A stretch of 64,000 bases of DNA from an uncultured Candidatus Saccharibacteria bacterium (GCA_964537935.1 CAZICT010000004.1:24760-88759), one strand, 5' to 3'; numbered from the stretch's first letter, positions 45,435 to 56,392 are shown. The notes: generated by a model from the letters alone, not told the origin. Translations and numbers: made by a program.

Positions 45435-46085
45435 ATGGGGAGACGGAATTTTCCTGCTGGGGTTCCACAGAGGTCACGCCTTGAGGCTAATAGAGAAGTA
45501 CGTCGTGCGGTTAGGGATCAGGAATTGCACACTTTCGGTATAAGGCGCTATGTAGAACCAAGCCAACAAATGGATATGATAGCCCACCTAAGGCACCTTC
45601 AGGATAATGATGACATTCCCGAATCTGTTAAGCTTCGCAAAAAACTCAACGCCACACTTTTGCCAGCACGTACACTAGGCCGACAAGCTATGCAGGGGTT
45701 CCTGCTTGGTCAGACGATTGCACGAATGGATGCTCGCATCCAAAGTGAAATGGATAAACCCCAGACAAAGTTTTTAGAAGTACTGCGTGGACCAGTCGAA
45801 GTTTACAAGGGACAACGCATATACATGCAATTCGAAAGTCCAGAGTTTGACGAAGAAATGGAAGAGCTTCACGAGTTATTGGGATACTTCGGGGTTAAAG
45901 GATATACCGGAAAATTCAAAAAAATGGGCAAACACATTAGCCTCGGAGAAGCCAGAGGTGGCATGACCCGCACAGAACAGAACCATGTAAAACATATGAT
46001 AGAGGAAGTTTTGCCTCACCCGGGAGATGTCATAAGCCTGGAGCCTTGGGATATTTATTATCCCGGCAGTAAGCCGGATAGATAG
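45435..46085 (+). CDS. hypothetical protein
   Basis: The ATG is preceded by GGAGG (45426-45430). The longer track ORF from 45144 would run antisense through the PGPGW gene. 216 aa with no secure family assignment. Confidence 0.55.
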   Translation: MGRRNFPAGVPQRSRLEANREVRRAVRDQELHTFGIRRYVEPSQQMDMIAHLRHLQDNDDIPESVKLRKKLNATLLPARTLGRQAMQGFLLGQTIARMDARIQSEMDKPQTKFLEVLRGPVEVYKGQRIYMQFESPEFDEEMEELHELLGYFGVKGYTGKFKKMGKHISLGEARGGMTRTEQNHVKHMIEEVLPHPGDVISLEPWDIYYPGSKPDR

Positions 46086-46122
46086 ATTTTTATCTTAAAA
46101 TCCTATATAATCTACCGGTTGT

Positions 46123-48933
46123 ATGAGTGATTTTATCGTAGTTAAGGGTGCTCGGGAACATAACCTCAAAAACATCGACGTCAAAATCCCGAGAGAGAAA
46201 TTAGTAGTAATAACGGGGCTTTCTGGCTCCGGTAAATCTTCGCTTGCTTTTGATACTATCTATGCAGAAGGCCAACGGCGTTATGTTGAATCTCTTAGCT
46301 CATATGCGCGACAGTTTTTAGGACTAATGGAAAAACCGGACGTTGACCAGATTGACGGTCTCTCTCCGGCAATATCGATCGATCAAAAGTCGACTTCACG
46401 TAACCCGCGCTCTACGGTCGCCACGGTAACGGAAATTTATGACTATTTACGGCTGTTGTTTGCTCGTATTGGTGTACCGCATTGCCCGGTGTGCGGCCGT
46501 CCGGTCAAACGCCAAACGACGACCGCTATCGTGGATCAAGTTGTTTCTCGCGACAAAGATGCCCGGCTAATGGTGCTTGCGCCAATTATTAATGATAAAA
46601 AAGGTGCTTTTGAACACATTCCCGAGCAATATCAGCGCGCCGGCTTTGCGCGCGTAAGGGTCGACGGGGTGGTATATGCGCTTGATGAATTTCCGGAGCT
46701 TGATAAAAACTACAAGCATACTTTGGAGATTGTGGTAGACAGGTTGGTGAATAACGAAGAAAGCCGGGGGCGTTTGGTCCAAAGCGTAGAGCAGGCGCTT
46801 GACATTACAGACGGCAAGCTACTGATAGTAAATGCCGAAGATCAGACGGAAACGGCCTACAGCTTGATGTATGCGTGTATTGAGCATCCTGATATTGTTA
46901 TCCCGGAACTGGAGCCACGAACCTTCAGTTTCAATAGTCCGCATGGGGCTTGTCCGGTATGTACAGGACTGGGGTCGCGTATGGAAGTTGACCCTGAGCT
47001 TGTGATTCCTAACGGCAAACTAACTATTGCTGAAGGCGCCATCCGTCCGTTTAACCGTATTAATTCTGATGCTTGGTACACCAAAAAAATGCAGGCAGTA
47101 GCCGATCGCTACGGGTTCAGCCTGCATGTGCCAACCGGTCAGCTGCGTCCAAGTGATATGGAAAAAATCCTTTACGGCACAGGCAGTGAAACTTACCGCG
47201 TGTCCTTAGGCAGCGGCCGAAGCTTTGAGACGACTTATGAAGGAGTTATTCCTAACTTAGAGCGCCGCCACAAGGAGACCGAAAGCGATTTTATGCGCCG
47301 TGATATTGAACGGTTTATGCGTGAGCGTCCATGCCACACCTGCAAGGGCAGGCGGCTTCGACCGGAAGTGCTGGCCATTACGGTAGCGAAGCGTTCAATC
47401 ATGGATATTTGCGAGATGTCGATAGATGAAGCAAATAAGTTTTTCGGGTCGTTAACTCTTAACGATAAAGAAAGCCAAATCGCAAATCAGATTTTTAAAG
47501 AAATTTGCGCCCGCTTGAAGTTTATGCAGGATGTCGGCTTGAATTACCTCAACCTAGCGCGGAGTGCGGCTACACTATCTGGCGGAGAAGCGCAACGGAT
47601 TAGACTTGCGACACAGATCGGCTCGGGCTTACAAGGTGTTCTGTATGTACTGGACGAGCCGTCAATCGGTTTGCATCAGCGCGATAATACTCGTTTGATA
47701 GCTACGCTCAAGCATCTGCGGGATCTTGGCAATACCGTGCTGGTTGTTGAACATGACGAAGACACAATCCGGACTGCCGACTATCTATTGGATATCGGAC
47801 CTGGAGCTGGGGTACATGGCGGTGAGATAGTTGCAGCAGGCACACCTGACGAGGTGGCAAAAAGTGAGCAGAGCGTCACCGGTCAGTATTTAATGGGCAA
47901 TCGTTCGATCGCAGTGCCAAAGAATCGGCGAAAAGGCAACGGAAAGTTCCTGGTCGTTAAGGGCGCTAAAGAAAACAACCTTAAAAACATAGACGTAACC
48001 ATTCCGCTTGGACAGATGGTGGTAGTTAGTGGTGTTTCAGGATCAGGAAAATCAAGTCTGATTAATGATATTTTAGCCAAGGAGCTTTCAGCCCGACTAA
48101 TGCGCGCTAATACTGTTCCCGGTCGGCATGACGATATTGAAGGTATCAAGGAGCTCGACAAAGCGATAGTAATCGACCAATCGCCGATTGGACGTACGCC
48201 ACGGTCAAATCCAGCCACCTATACGGGTTTGTTTACACCTATCAGAGATCTTTTTGCCAGTGTTCCGGAATCAAAGTTACGTGGCTATAGCCCTGGGCGG
48301 TTTAGTTTTAATGTTCGAGGTGGTCGCTGCGAAAATTGTGCCGGCGACGGCATCATTAAAATAGAAATGCACTTTTTACCGGACGTTTATGTGCCCTGTG
48401 AAGTGTGTAAGGGGAAGCGTTATAATCGTGAAGCGTTGGAAATCCACTACAAAGGCAAAACAATCAGTGACGTGCTGGATATGACATGCGATACAGCTCT
48501 AGAGTTCTTTGAGAACGTACCGGCTATTTCCAGAAAGCTTCAAACACTGGTTGATGTAGGGCTTGGTTATATCAGGCTTGGTCAGCCAGCAACTACGCTA
48601 TCGGGAGGCGAGGCCCAAAGGGTTAAATTGGCCACAGAGCTATCCAGGCGCTCGACCGGCAGGACGCTCTATATACTTGATGAACCGACTACCGGATTAC
48701 ACATGGAAGATGTAGATAAGCTGCTGGGCGTGCTTCATGCACTGGTAGACACCGGTAACAGTATGATTGTAATTGAGCATAATCTTGATGTAATAAAAAA
48801 TGCTGATTGGCTGATTGATATGGGACCGGAAGGCGGGGCAGGCGGCGGAAATATAATTGCCGAAGGCACCCCCGAACAGGTTGCCAAAAAGACAGAATCC
48901 TACACCGGCCAGTTCTTAAAACAAATGCTCTAG
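46123..48933 (+). CDS. uvrA: excinuclease ABC subunit A
   Basis: 936 aa. Two ABC modules (GLSGSGKSS and GVSGSGKSS, two LSGGEAQR signatures) and zinc-finger CxxC pairs ([25 protein letters not shown]...CEVCKG). Confidence 0.97.
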   Translation: MSDFIVVKGAREHNLKNIDVKIPREKLVVITGLSGSGKSSLAFDTIYAEGQRRYVESLSSYARQFLGLMEKPDVDQIDGLSPAISIDQKSTSRNPRSTVATVTEIYDYLRLLFARIGVPHCPVCGRPVKRQTTTAIVDQVVSRDKDARLMVLAPIINDKKGAFEHIPEQYQRAGFARVRVDGVVYALDEFPELDKNYKHTLEIVVDRLVNNEESRGRLVQSVEQALDITDGKLLIVNAEDQTETAYSLMYACIEHPDIVIPELEPRTFSFNSPHGACPVCTGLGSRMEVDPELVIPNGKLTIAEGAIRPFNRINSDAWYTKKMQAVADRYGFSLHVPTGQLRPSDMEKILYGTGSETYRVSLGSGRSFETTYEGVIPNLERRHKETESDFMRRDIERFMRERPCHTCKGRRLRPEVLAITVAKRSIMDICEMSIDEANKFFGSLTLNDKESQIANQIFKEICARLKFMQDVGLNYLNLARSAATLSGGEAQRIRLATQIGSGLQGVLYVLDEPSIGLHQRDNTRLIATLKHLRDLGNTVLVVEHDEDTIRTADYLLDIGPGAGVHGGEIVAAGTPDEVAKSEQSVTGQYLMGNRSIAVPKNRRKGNGKFLVVKGAKENNLKNIDVTIPLGQMVVVSGVSGSGKSSLINDILAKELSARLMRANTVPGRHDDIEGIKELDKAIVIDQSPIGRTPRSNPATYTGLFTPIRDLFASVPESKLRGYSPGRFSFNVRGGRCENCAGDGIIKIEMHFLPDVYVPCEVCKGKRYNREALEIHYKGKTISDVLDMTCDTALEFFENVPAISRKLQTLVDVGLGYIRLGQPATTLSGGEAQRVKLATELSRRSTGRTLYILDEPTTGLHMEDVDKLLGVLHALVDTGNSMIVIEHNLDVIKNADWLIDMGPEGGAGGGNIIAEGTPEQVAKKTESYTGQFLKQML

Positions 48934-49293
48934 ATGTTAAATACCGAAAAGTATTTGCTCCGCTTGGAGTATGAATACTGCAAGCATGAGTACGAAACCG
49001 TAGCCAGACACACTGATGATTTTGAGGAGTTTTTCGATGCCGCTGCACGTTTGGTTGTAGCCGCGACAGTAATAATGAAAGTCATAGACGCACCGGAAGA
49101 AGAGATCATTAGAGGCACACCTCTAGAAAATAAAACCCCAGAAGCCAGGCGCAGGGTAGAGCGTCTGGCTTTTGCCAGCGCAGTGCCGGGCCGCAGCTAC
49201 CCATCACCTAAAGATTTACTTACAGATTTATTTTCAGGCGAGATTGAGTTTGTTTCACCTAGAGCCAGAAAAACTAATCGACACGCTTGTTAA
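48934..49293 (+). CDS. hypothetical protein
   Basis: The ATG directly abuts the uvrA stop. 119 aa with no recognised motif. Its 3' end overlaps the convergent DedA gene by 20 nt. Confidence 0.45.
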   Translation: MLNTEKYLLRLEYEYCKHEYETVARHTDDFEEFFDAAARLVVAATVIMKVIDAPEEEIIRGTPLENKTPEARRRVERLAFASAVPGRSYPSPKDLLTDLFSGEIEFVSPRARKTNRHAC

Positions 49294-49930
49294 GAAAAAT
49301 ATTACGAGCCACCATTCGCAGTCTTTCTTTTATGAGCTTTCGACTCACCGGATCCTTGAATATATGGATGAGTGATCCGGCGATACTGAGTAAAACTACA
49401 CCAAGAATTATGGGTGTTATGTATTCTTCGACCCAAGGCACTTTGCTGCCTAGCCAGTAACCGGCAAGCGTAACACCGCCGCCCCATAGAAAACCACCGA
49501 AGACATTGAAAAACATAAACCGTTTACGGGGCATCTTGCCGATGCCGGCTACAAGCGGTGCAAAGGTGCGAACTATCGGCACGAAGCGTGCTAAAACTAT
49601 GGTTTTGCCGCCATGGGCCTGGTAAAACGCTTCAGCGCGTTCAATATGTTCCTTTTTGAATAAAATGCCATCCTTTTTTTTGAAAATGCGCGGCCCGGTT
49701 CGTCGTCCGATGCTATATCCGACATTATCGCCGATAATTGCCGAGGTAATGATTACAAACAAAAGCCAGCCAAGCGGTAATGTTCCCTGAGAAGCCAGAA
49801 TTCCGGCGCCAAAAAGCAATGTGTCGCCCGGCAAAAAGAAGCCTATCAGCAGACCTGATTCGGCAAAGACGGTCGCGCCAATAGCAATCAGCCCACCGCC
49901 CAGGATTAATTTATCAATACCTGCAGCCAT
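49274..49930 (-). CDS. DedA-family (VTT/SNARE-associated) membrane protein
   Basis: FFLPGDTLLFGAGILA, GDNVGYSIGRRTG and VLARFVPIVRTFAPLVAGIGKM are typical DedA blocks. Confidence 0.85.
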   Translation of the reverse strand: MAAGIDKLILGGGLIAIGATVFAESGLLIGFFLPGDTLLFGAGILASQGTLPLGWLLFVIITSAIIGDNVGYSIGRRTGPRIFKKKDGILFKKEHIERAEAFYQAHGGKTIVLARFVPIVRTFAPLVAGIGKMPRKRFMFFNVFGGFLWGGGVTLAGYWLGSKVPWVEEYITPIILGVVLLSIAGSLIHIFKDPVSRKLIKERLRMVARNIFLNKRVD

Positions 49931-50024
49931 GCCATATAAGGGTACTGTAGTTTCGGTGCTTTCGTCCAGTATTTGTTATACTAATATGTACGTTCATGTT
50001 GATAATCAGGAGGTGTATCAGTTT

Positions 50025-50726
50025 ATGTCGAATCAGACTATTACAGTAGAAGTACAATACCGAGAGGTTATTGGAAAAGGCTTAGGCAAACTAAAGGCTC
50101 AGGGGATCATTCCGGCGGTTGTTCACGATCATGGCAAGCAATCACTTCATGTGCAGGGTGATTTGCTGACACTTAGCAAGATCTATTCTCAGGCTGGCAA
50201 GCACCATCCGGTACATCTAAAACTGAATGGTAAGGACAGACTTGCTCTTATTAAGGATGTAGATTTTGAGCCAACAAAGAATCGTATCCGTCATATCGTG
50301 TTCCAGGCGATTAAGCAAAACGAAAAGGTAACCGCCGAGATCCCGGTGGTGCTTACCGGTGAAGATATACCGGCTGAACGTAAAAGTTTGCTGGTTTTGA
50401 CGCAGCTGGATTATGTAGAGGTTGAAGCATTGCCAAGCAAATTACCCAGTCAGCTGGAAGTCGATGCTACAGTGCTGGATGATGTAGGTGACAAACTGCA
50501 CGTGTCTGACATTAAAGCTCCTGAAGGAGTTACTATCCTGACGGAGCCGGAGTTGCAATTAGCGGTAGTAGAAATGCCACGCGACCAAGTAGCGGAAGCT
50601 GATGCCGCGGCCGCTGACCTGGCTGCCGACGCCGCCGAAGCTACAGAGGTTCCGACAACTGATCAAAAAGAAGATGTCGATACCACTGAAAGTCCCGACT
50701 CAGAAGAACTAAAAGACGAAGAATAA
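50025..50726 (+). CDS. rplY: 50S ribosomal protein bL25 (Ctc/general-stress type) with acidic tail
   Basis: I prefer the ATG at 50025 (AGGAGG at 50008-50013). The track start at 49821 overlaps the DedA gene. It has REVIGKGLGKLKAQGIIPAVVHDHG and a two-domain Ctc architecture. Confidence 0.85.
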   Translation: MSNQTITVEVQYREVIGKGLGKLKAQGIIPAVVHDHGKQSLHVQGDLLTLSKIYSQAGKHHPVHLKLNGKDRLALIKDVDFEPTKNRIRHIVFQAIKQNEKVTAEIPVVLTGEDIPAERKSLLVLTQLDYVEVEALPSKLPSQLEVDATVLDDVGDKLHVSDIKAPEGVTILTEPELQLAVVEMPRDQVAEADAAAADLAADAAEATEVPTTDQKEDVDTTESPDSEELKDEE

Positions 50727-50741
50727 TAACTCAAACTGATT

Positions 50742-50768
50742 AAAAAGCGGGCTTTTTGCCCGCTTTTT
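50742..50768. terminator. bidirectional intrinsic terminator
   Basis: AAAAAGCGGGC-ttttt-GCCCGCTTTTT lies between the convergent rplY and ABC exporter genes. The A/T runs flanking it make it functional in both directions. Confidence 0.8.
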
Positions 50769-52614
50769 ATATTCCTCCCGACTGCCGCTCCCACAACCCG
50801 GCATAGATTCCATTCTGACGGATAAGTTCTTTGTGTGTACCTTGTTCGGCAATCTTGCCTTTGTCCATGACTAAGATTCTATCCATCTTTTGAATCGTAC
50901 TTAACCTATGGGCAATAACTATTGCTGTTCTTCCTTCCATAAGTCTCCATAAAGCCTCCTGAATAAGTGCTTCACTCTCTGAATCCAAAGCACTGGTTGC
51001 TTCATCGAGGAGGAGGATGGGGGCTTGTTTTAATACGGCCCGGGCGATCGCAATGCGCTGGCGTTCACCGCCTGAAAGTTTGCTACCGCGCTCGCCAACC
51101 ATAGTATCGTAACCGGCTGGCAAAGCTTCAATGAAATCATGAGCGCAAGCCTGCTTGGCAGCGGCGATTATTTCTCTATCAGTTGCCGACGGCTGACCGT
51201 AACGGATGTTATCTCTGATGCTCCGGTGAAACAACAATGGTTCCTGAGGTACATAGGCGATGCGTTTACGCAAGTCTATTTGCCTCAACGTACTGATATC
51301 TTGGTTATCAATAACCACCTGGCCGGCGGATGCATCCATAAACCTTAGTAATAACTTTGAAAGGGTGGACTTTCCGCTTCCGGACGGTCCCACGACTCCA
51401 ACCCGTTCACCAGGTTTAATGTGCAGGTTAAAATCCTCAAATATCTGCCTGGTGTAGGCATTGGTATCGGTGTAAGAAAAGTCAATGTGCTTAAAACGGA
51501 TATCGCCACGGGTAATTTTCTCAGCCTCAGGGCTTTCCGGATCCCGTACCTCAGGAATTCGAGTAAGTATTTGAGTCATTTCCGAGGCATCGGCCAGACT
51601 TGATTCGACCTGACGGACCACTCGACCGATATCCCATAGACTAATCAAAATAGGACCCAGGAAGAACTGGATAAGCGCCAGGCGACCAAGCGTAAAAGTG
51701 CCGTTTTGGACAAGCATAACGGAGTAGTAAAGAACTATTGTTTCCAGGGCTATCATAAGCAGCGACTGAGTACCGATAATAATCTCGCTGTATCGCCAGT
51801 CATGCTTGCGTTTGGCGTATTTGTCGATACTCATATCGGCATAACGCGCCGCTTCTATCGATTCTTGCCCGAACATACGTACCACCATAGAGTTCACGAT
51901 TGTGTCGGAAAGTTGTGCCGTCACATGGCTGTCGGCCGCAGAAGCCGCGCGGGACATGTGGGATTTCTGTATCGTCAAATAAATAATCAAACTTAAATAG
52001 ATGATCGTCCAAACACCTAGTATTGCTGCAATAGGAGGAGCCATAAATGCCAAAAATATAATCGCTACCATAAAACGCAAAAACAGCGACATAATATTGA
52101 AATAAAACGCAGTATATAGGCCGCTATAGGCACCGGTAAAGCGCTTTGCCTGAGCGACAAGCGCACCGCCGTGATTGCTGGAATGAAAACTATGGCTTTG
52201 TAAGAGCAGCCAATTAAAAATGCGTTGTTCAATGTCTCTGATTACTTTGAACTCCAGATTACTTGAGGCGGCACTGATTATTCGCTGGCCAACGAATACC
52301 AGGATATGAAGCCCCAAGAACACCATAATCAGATTTGTTAAATTGCCACTGGCTGTATTGCTATTGAGCTGATCGATAGTACGTGAATAAAGTAGCGGCA
52401 AAAGCCCGCTCTGGATGATTAACACCGCTGGTAACAGACTGAAAAGAGCTGTCAGTGAGCGCGGATATCGCTTTAAGTGTTCCCAAAATATTTTGATAGT
52501 CCGTTGAGCAACAGCCGGCTCTTTAGATTGTGTTCGGGTTTGTTCGTTGTCGTGTTTGCGTGTTGGCCATAGGGACCTAAGCTCCCAAATTCCACTTCTT
52601 ATAGACATGAGCAT
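50767..52614 (-). CDS. ABC exporter, fused permease/ATPase (type I exporter half-transporter, downstream gene)
   Basis: Six-TM N-terminal domain. NBD with GPSGSGKST, LSGGERQRIAIARA and ILLLDEATSALD. Confidence 0.9.
   Translation of the reverse strand: MLMSIRSGIWELRSLWPTRKHDNEQTRTQSKEPAVAQRTIKIFWEHLKRYPRSLTALFSLLPAVLIIQSGLLPLLYSRTIDQLNSNTASGNLTNLIMVFLGLHILVFVGQRIISAASSNLEFKVIRDIEQRIFNWLLLQSHSFHSSNHGGALVAQAKRFTGAYSGLYTAFYFNIMSLFLRFMVAIIFLAFMAPPIAAILGVWTIIYLSLIIYLTIQKSHMSRAASAADSHVTAQLSDTIVNSMVVRMFGQESIEAARYADMSIDKYAKRKHDWRYSEIIIGTQSLLMIALETIVLYYSVMLVQNGTFTLGRLALIQFFLGPILISLWDIGRVVRQVESSLADASEMTQILTRIPEVRDPESPEAEKITRGDIRFKHIDFSYTDTNAYTRQIFEDFNLHIKPGERVGVVGPSGSGKSTLSKLLLRFMDASAGQVVIDNQDISTLRQIDLRKRIAYVPQEPLLFHRSIRDNIRYGQPSATDREIIAAAKQACAHDFIEALPAGYDTMVGERGSKLSGGERQRIAIARAVLKQAPILLLDEATSALDSESEALIQEALWRLMEGRTAIVIAHRLSTIQKMDRILVMDKGKIAEQGTHKELIRQNGIYAGLWERQSGGI
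50774..51024. repeat. 251-bp perfect direct repeat, copy 1 (3' end of ABC gene)
   Basis: Base-for-base identical to 52706-52956 (offset 1932 nt), checked by reading both copies. Confidence 0.95.
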
Positions 52615-52689
52615 TAATACTAGTATCTTCTTTGGGGAGGGGTCAAGAAGTACCGCTTAAAATTACAACATAAGCAATATAGAGGGTTA

Positions 52690-54474
52690 TTACTCCTCTA
52701 TAAAGCCTCCCGACTGCCGCTCCCACAACCCGGCATAGATTCCATTCTGACGGATAAGTTCTTTGTGTGTACCTTGTTCGGCAATCTTGCCTTTGTCCAT
52801 GACTAAGATTCTATCCATCTTTTGAATCGTACTTAACCTATGGGCAATAACTATTGCTGTTCTTCCTTCCATAAGTCTCCATAAAGCCTCCTGAATAAGT
52901 GCTTCACTCTCTGAATCCAAAGCACTGGTTGCTTCATCGAGGAGGAGGATGGGGGCGTTCTTGATCATTGCTCTGGCTATGGCAACCCGCTGTCTCTGCC
53001 CACCAGATAACTTGACTCCGCGTTCACCTACCAGGGTGTTATATCCGTTCGGCAACGATTCGATGAACTCGTGGGCATGCGCGAGTTTTGCGATGGCTTC
53101 TACCTGGCGCCTGCTGGCACCCGGAGCGCCGTAACTTATATTTTCGAACAAACTGCGGTGAAACAACAATGGTTCCTGCGGAACATAAGCTATTACCGAG
53201 CGCAAATCATCCTGTGTTACTCGAGTAATATCTTGGCCGTCAATCGTAATATTACCGTCTTGTATATCCATGAAGCGCATCAATAATTTGGTTATAGTCG
53301 TCTTACCGCCGCCTGAGTGACCGACGAGTCCTATCTTCTCTCCCGGCTTAATTGACAGATTAAGCCCGTCAAACAAAAGTTCACCTGACGCGTCACTAAA
53401 TCCAAATTTGACATCATTAAATTTCACGCTGCCACGATGCATCCGGATTTTTTCCGGTTGTTTGGGGTCTCTCACTTCAGGTGAAAGCGAAAGTATGTAG
53501 GTCATTTCTTGAGCGTCTCCGATAGCGCGGTTATAGTTACGCAAAGTTGATTGACTAAATGTCCATAATTCCTGCGTAATTACACCGGTATATGTGACTA
53601 TCAGATACACCGTTGCTATATCGGCATTAAATGACACTACACTGACTACTGCCGCGATAAGCGCTACGATACTGATGGAGCTGGTTGTTGACGAGAACAA
53701 TATGTCACGCTTGATACTGGCACGCATGACATTGTCGGTAGCGGCATAGGTTTCATCAGTAACACCGGCAAATCTCTTCTTTTCAAACCAGCTTCCGGCA
53801 AAGCTCTTAATTGCCATGACATTAGTAACGGCATCGGCGAGATAACCGGTTTGCCGATTGGAAGCAGCTGCTTCCTTGGCGTTAAGATCGCGTATTTGCT
53901 TTGTAGCCTTGACGGCGATAACCATGAATAAAACCGAAAAACTGAACAGTAATAATACTGCGAACGGTGAACGTGGCCCTAGAATAATTAGGGTATATAC
54001 GAAAGAAAAAAGCAGTCCGGAATTTTGAAATACTATGGTATCGACCAGCCTTACATAAGCACCACCCAGTTTGTTGGCTTGACTAACCAAAGATCCGCCA
54101 AATCGGTTGGCGTGAAAGCTGGAACTTTGCCGCATCAGGTGATTGAAAATACGCTGATGAATATCTCGCAGCACGCTCATCTCGAGTTTCCATATCAGAA
54201 GAATTGCTACGCGCCAAAAGATAACTCCACCCAATATTACCAGCGCTGCATACAGCAGGAGGTCATTGCCGAAGCTTCCCCAGGGATCACCTGACGTAAA
54301 ATCATGGTTGCTAATCTTATCCAGAACCCCGGCGATTATCAGCGGCGGTAACGCATTATGAAACAGCCGGACTGCAGGCATAACGACCATAAGCCCAATA
54401 ACATAAGGCTTATGTGCCCATGCATGGCTCCAAAAGAGCGATAAAATTTGCCGGGTTGTAACACGTTGGCTCAT
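52690..54474 (-). CDS. ABC exporter, fused permease/ATPase (upstream gene of the pair)
   Basis: Six-TM domain. NBD with GHSGGGKTT, LSGGQRQRVAIARA and ILLLDEATSALD. AGGAGG RBS. Confidence 0.9.
   Translation of the reverse strand: MSQRVTTRQILSLFWSHAWAHKPYVIGLMVVMPAVRLFHNALPPLIIAGVLDKISNHDFTSGDPWGSFGNDLLLYAALVILGGVIFWRVAILLIWKLEMSVLRDIHQRIFNHLMRQSSSFHANRFGGSLVSQANKLGGAYVRLVDTIVFQNSGLLFSFVYTLIILGPRSPFAVLLLFSFSVLFMVIAVKATKQIRDLNAKEAAASNRQTGYLADAVTNVMAIKSFAGSWFEKKRFAGVTDETYAATDNVMRASIKRDILFSSTTSSISIVALIAAVVSVVSFNADIATVYLIVTYTGVITQELWTFSQSTLRNYNRAIGDAQEMTYILSLSPEVRDPKQPEKIRMHRGSVKFNDVKFGFSDASGELLFDGLNLSIKPGEKIGLVGHSGGGKTTITKLLMRFMDIQDGNITIDGQDITRVTQDDLRSVIAYVPQEPLLFHRSLFENISYGAPGASRRQVEAIAKLAHAHEFIESLPNGYNTLVGERGVKLSGGQRQRVAIARAMIKNAPILLLDEATSALDSESEALIQEALWRLMEGRTAIVIAHRLSTIQKMDRILVMDKGKIAEQGTHKELIRQNGIYAGLWERQSGGFIEE
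52706..52956. repeat. 251-bp perfect direct repeat, copy 2
   Basis: Identical to 50774-51024. Confidence 0.95.
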
Positions 54475-54712
54475 ACCGCAGGCCTCCTTAGACCAGGTTG
54501 TTTAAATAATGAAATGAAGTTTAGTTTATACGAAGAGGCTAGAATGTTTTAATGAAAGACAGTCGCACGTAAAGAGGAGTTAGCTGAATTTGTGGCTGGA
54601 GTGTAGTTTTCATGCGTGCCTTCCTTGAGCGTTGTTGAATAAAATACAATTATATCACCACTGTCAATCAAAAGTCTAGGAATAAAAATTTAATTGTTAT
54701 ATAATAAAACTG

Positions 54713-56392
54713 ATGGAAAGCAATGACGATAATGTTGTAAGCGACCGCGATCGAAGTATGATGAATCGCTTTGAGGCGATGTTTGATAATTCTGAGGATT
54801 CTAAAGAAAAGTCTGAAAAGAAGAAGAAATCCAAGAAGAAACAAACTCATGTTTTTACCACTGAGGAATCAAAAGAAGATAAAAAACCTTCATCCAAAGA
54901 GGCTGAAAAGAAAGACGAACCCGAAAAGTCAGTTACCGATCAGCCGGAAGCAGATCATGAAGCGCAAAGTGCGGGAGACGCTGAGGCAGAACAGCAGATT
55001 GAAGCTGCCGAAACATATATTGAACAGCGGGAAGAGCAGGTGTCTAAGCAGTTAGAGACAGCAGAGACGCCTCCCGATGAAGGTGAAGCAGTAGCTGACC
55101 TGACGTTACTGCAAGCGATCCGTGAGCGGTTGGCAGCCAGTCGTGAAGCTCCAGAAGAAGTCATAGACAACGCCTATAGATCTGCAACCGAGATGCTTGA
55201 ATTGCCGACAGTAAAACTTGAAGAAGAAGCTGAGCAGTCATTAGGCTCGGCTGATGACGAGTCTGAAGCTGACTTTGCCCAGGATGAATTAAGCGAAGTA
55301 AGGAATCAAGAGGTCAACGATGAAGATGACGAATCTAATCCTGAGACAACTTCTCCGACTTCTGCACAAAGCAATGTCTCCAGAGCCTCGGGGCCATCAG
55401 CGACAACTACCGGTGGTTATTCGCAACCACCGCTGATGCCACCAAACAATAGGACGTCGAATGCGTACCCACCTGTTAATCCACTGGCTGAGCCCCAAGC
55501 CGTTTCGGTTGCTTCACGTCAGGAGTCTGCAACACCGCGTCCAGAAACTATGCACGAGCAAGGACGTAGGTCAGACGCGCTTGCCGGGCTCATTGTTGGA
55601 TATCTGTTTGGTCGACGCCGCGGACGCCTCACCACTGAGGCACGATTAGAGCCAAAAATGCATGAATTAAAGCAGGATAATGAAGCGCTTCGTGCCAAAA
55701 TTATTGATAAGGAAAGACTTATTCGCGCCCAAGCCAGGGAGAGAGTAGAGGCTGAAGTACCGGTAAAACAGCAAAGAACGGTTGAACGTTGGCGTGAAAG
55801 AGTTGTACATCGTGCCGAAGAATCTGCTTCTTCTCGTGAGCGTATTGAGAAAAAGGTAGTTAGAGAGGTGAATAAGCTGGCGCAAGTGGAAACAGACCTT
55901 CCACCGCCGGAGCCAATACAAAGTAAAGAAAGACCAGCCTTTAAAGATCCGGAATATCTGACACTGCCGGAGGTTCTTAGGCAGGCAGAAAAAATCGAAG
56001 TTAATCATAAATCTCTAAGGCGTATATTTGAAACCGGAATGATAAGCGAACAGGGTTTACGCCGAGCAGTTGAGCGTTATGTGCGCGGTGAAAATTTAGA
56101 GCGAACATTGAAGGAATATTTAAATACCGAAAAAGTTGAGATGCTGTCCATTAATTCTGGTAGTCAATCGTCTCAGACTCCATTTACTGATTTAAGCAAG
56201 AACCTTACTCAAAGTTCGCCAAGAGCTGATACTCCCATGCACAGGGAGCCAAAGAACAATAGCGTAAATTTACGGATTCAGAATGATAAGGGCACACCCT
56301 TTGATTTATCCAGAAGGCAAACATCACTGACACTGCCGATTGTCATAACGTTTGTGACAACCATAGCGGTACTCTGGTACTTGTTTACGTAG
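54713..56392 (+). CDS. highly charged low-complexity protein with two TM segments
   Basis: A K/E/D/S-rich N-terminal half and a central hydrophobic segment ALAGLIVGYLFG. It also has a charged coiled-coil-like region and a C-terminal TM helix LTLPIVITFVTTIAVLWYLF. TATAAT lies 12 nt upstream of the start. Confidence 0.6.
   Translation: MESNDDNVVSDRDRSMMNRFEAMFDNSEDSKEKSEKKKKSKKKQTHVFTTEESKEDKKPSSKEAEKKDEPEKSVTDQPEADHEAQSAGDAEAEQQIEAAETYIEQREEQVSKQLETAETPPDEGEAVADLTLLQAIRERLAASREAPEEVIDNAYRSATEMLELPTVKLEEEAEQSLGSADDESEADFAQDELSEVRNQEVNDEDDESNPETTSPTSAQSNVSRASGPSATTTGGYSQPPLMPPNNRTSNAYPPVNPLAEPQAVSVASRQESATPRPETMHEQGRRSDALAGLIVGYLFGRRRGRLTTEARLEPKMHELKQDNEALRAKIIDKERLIRAQARERVEAEVPVKQQRTVERWRERVVHRAEESASSRERIEKKVVREVNKLAQVETDLPPPEPIQSKERPAFKDPEYLTLPEVLRQAEKIEVNHKSLRRIFETGMISEQGLRRAVERYVRGENLERTLKEYLNTEKVEMLSINSGSQSSQTPFTDLSKNLTQSSPRADTPMHREPKNNSVNLRIQNDKGTPFDLSRRQTSLTLPIVITFVTTIAVLWYLFT

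Noticed and set aside
45435-46085. 2H phosphoesterase (LigT-like) assignment for the 216-aa protein
   Set aside because: Only one H-x-(S/T)-x motif (HISL) is present, and the required second motif is missing. I leave it as hypothetical.
49821-50024. 5' extension of rplY (track ORF starts at 49821)
   Set aside because: The extension overlaps the DedA gene on the other strand. bL25 homology begins at MSNQTITVEV, downstream of an AGGAGG.
54713-56392. Possible nucleotide tandem-repeat array in the K/E-rich gene
   Set aside because: The low complexity is at the amino-acid composition level. I found no exact DNA repeat units, so it is treated as an ordinary, disordered coding sequence.
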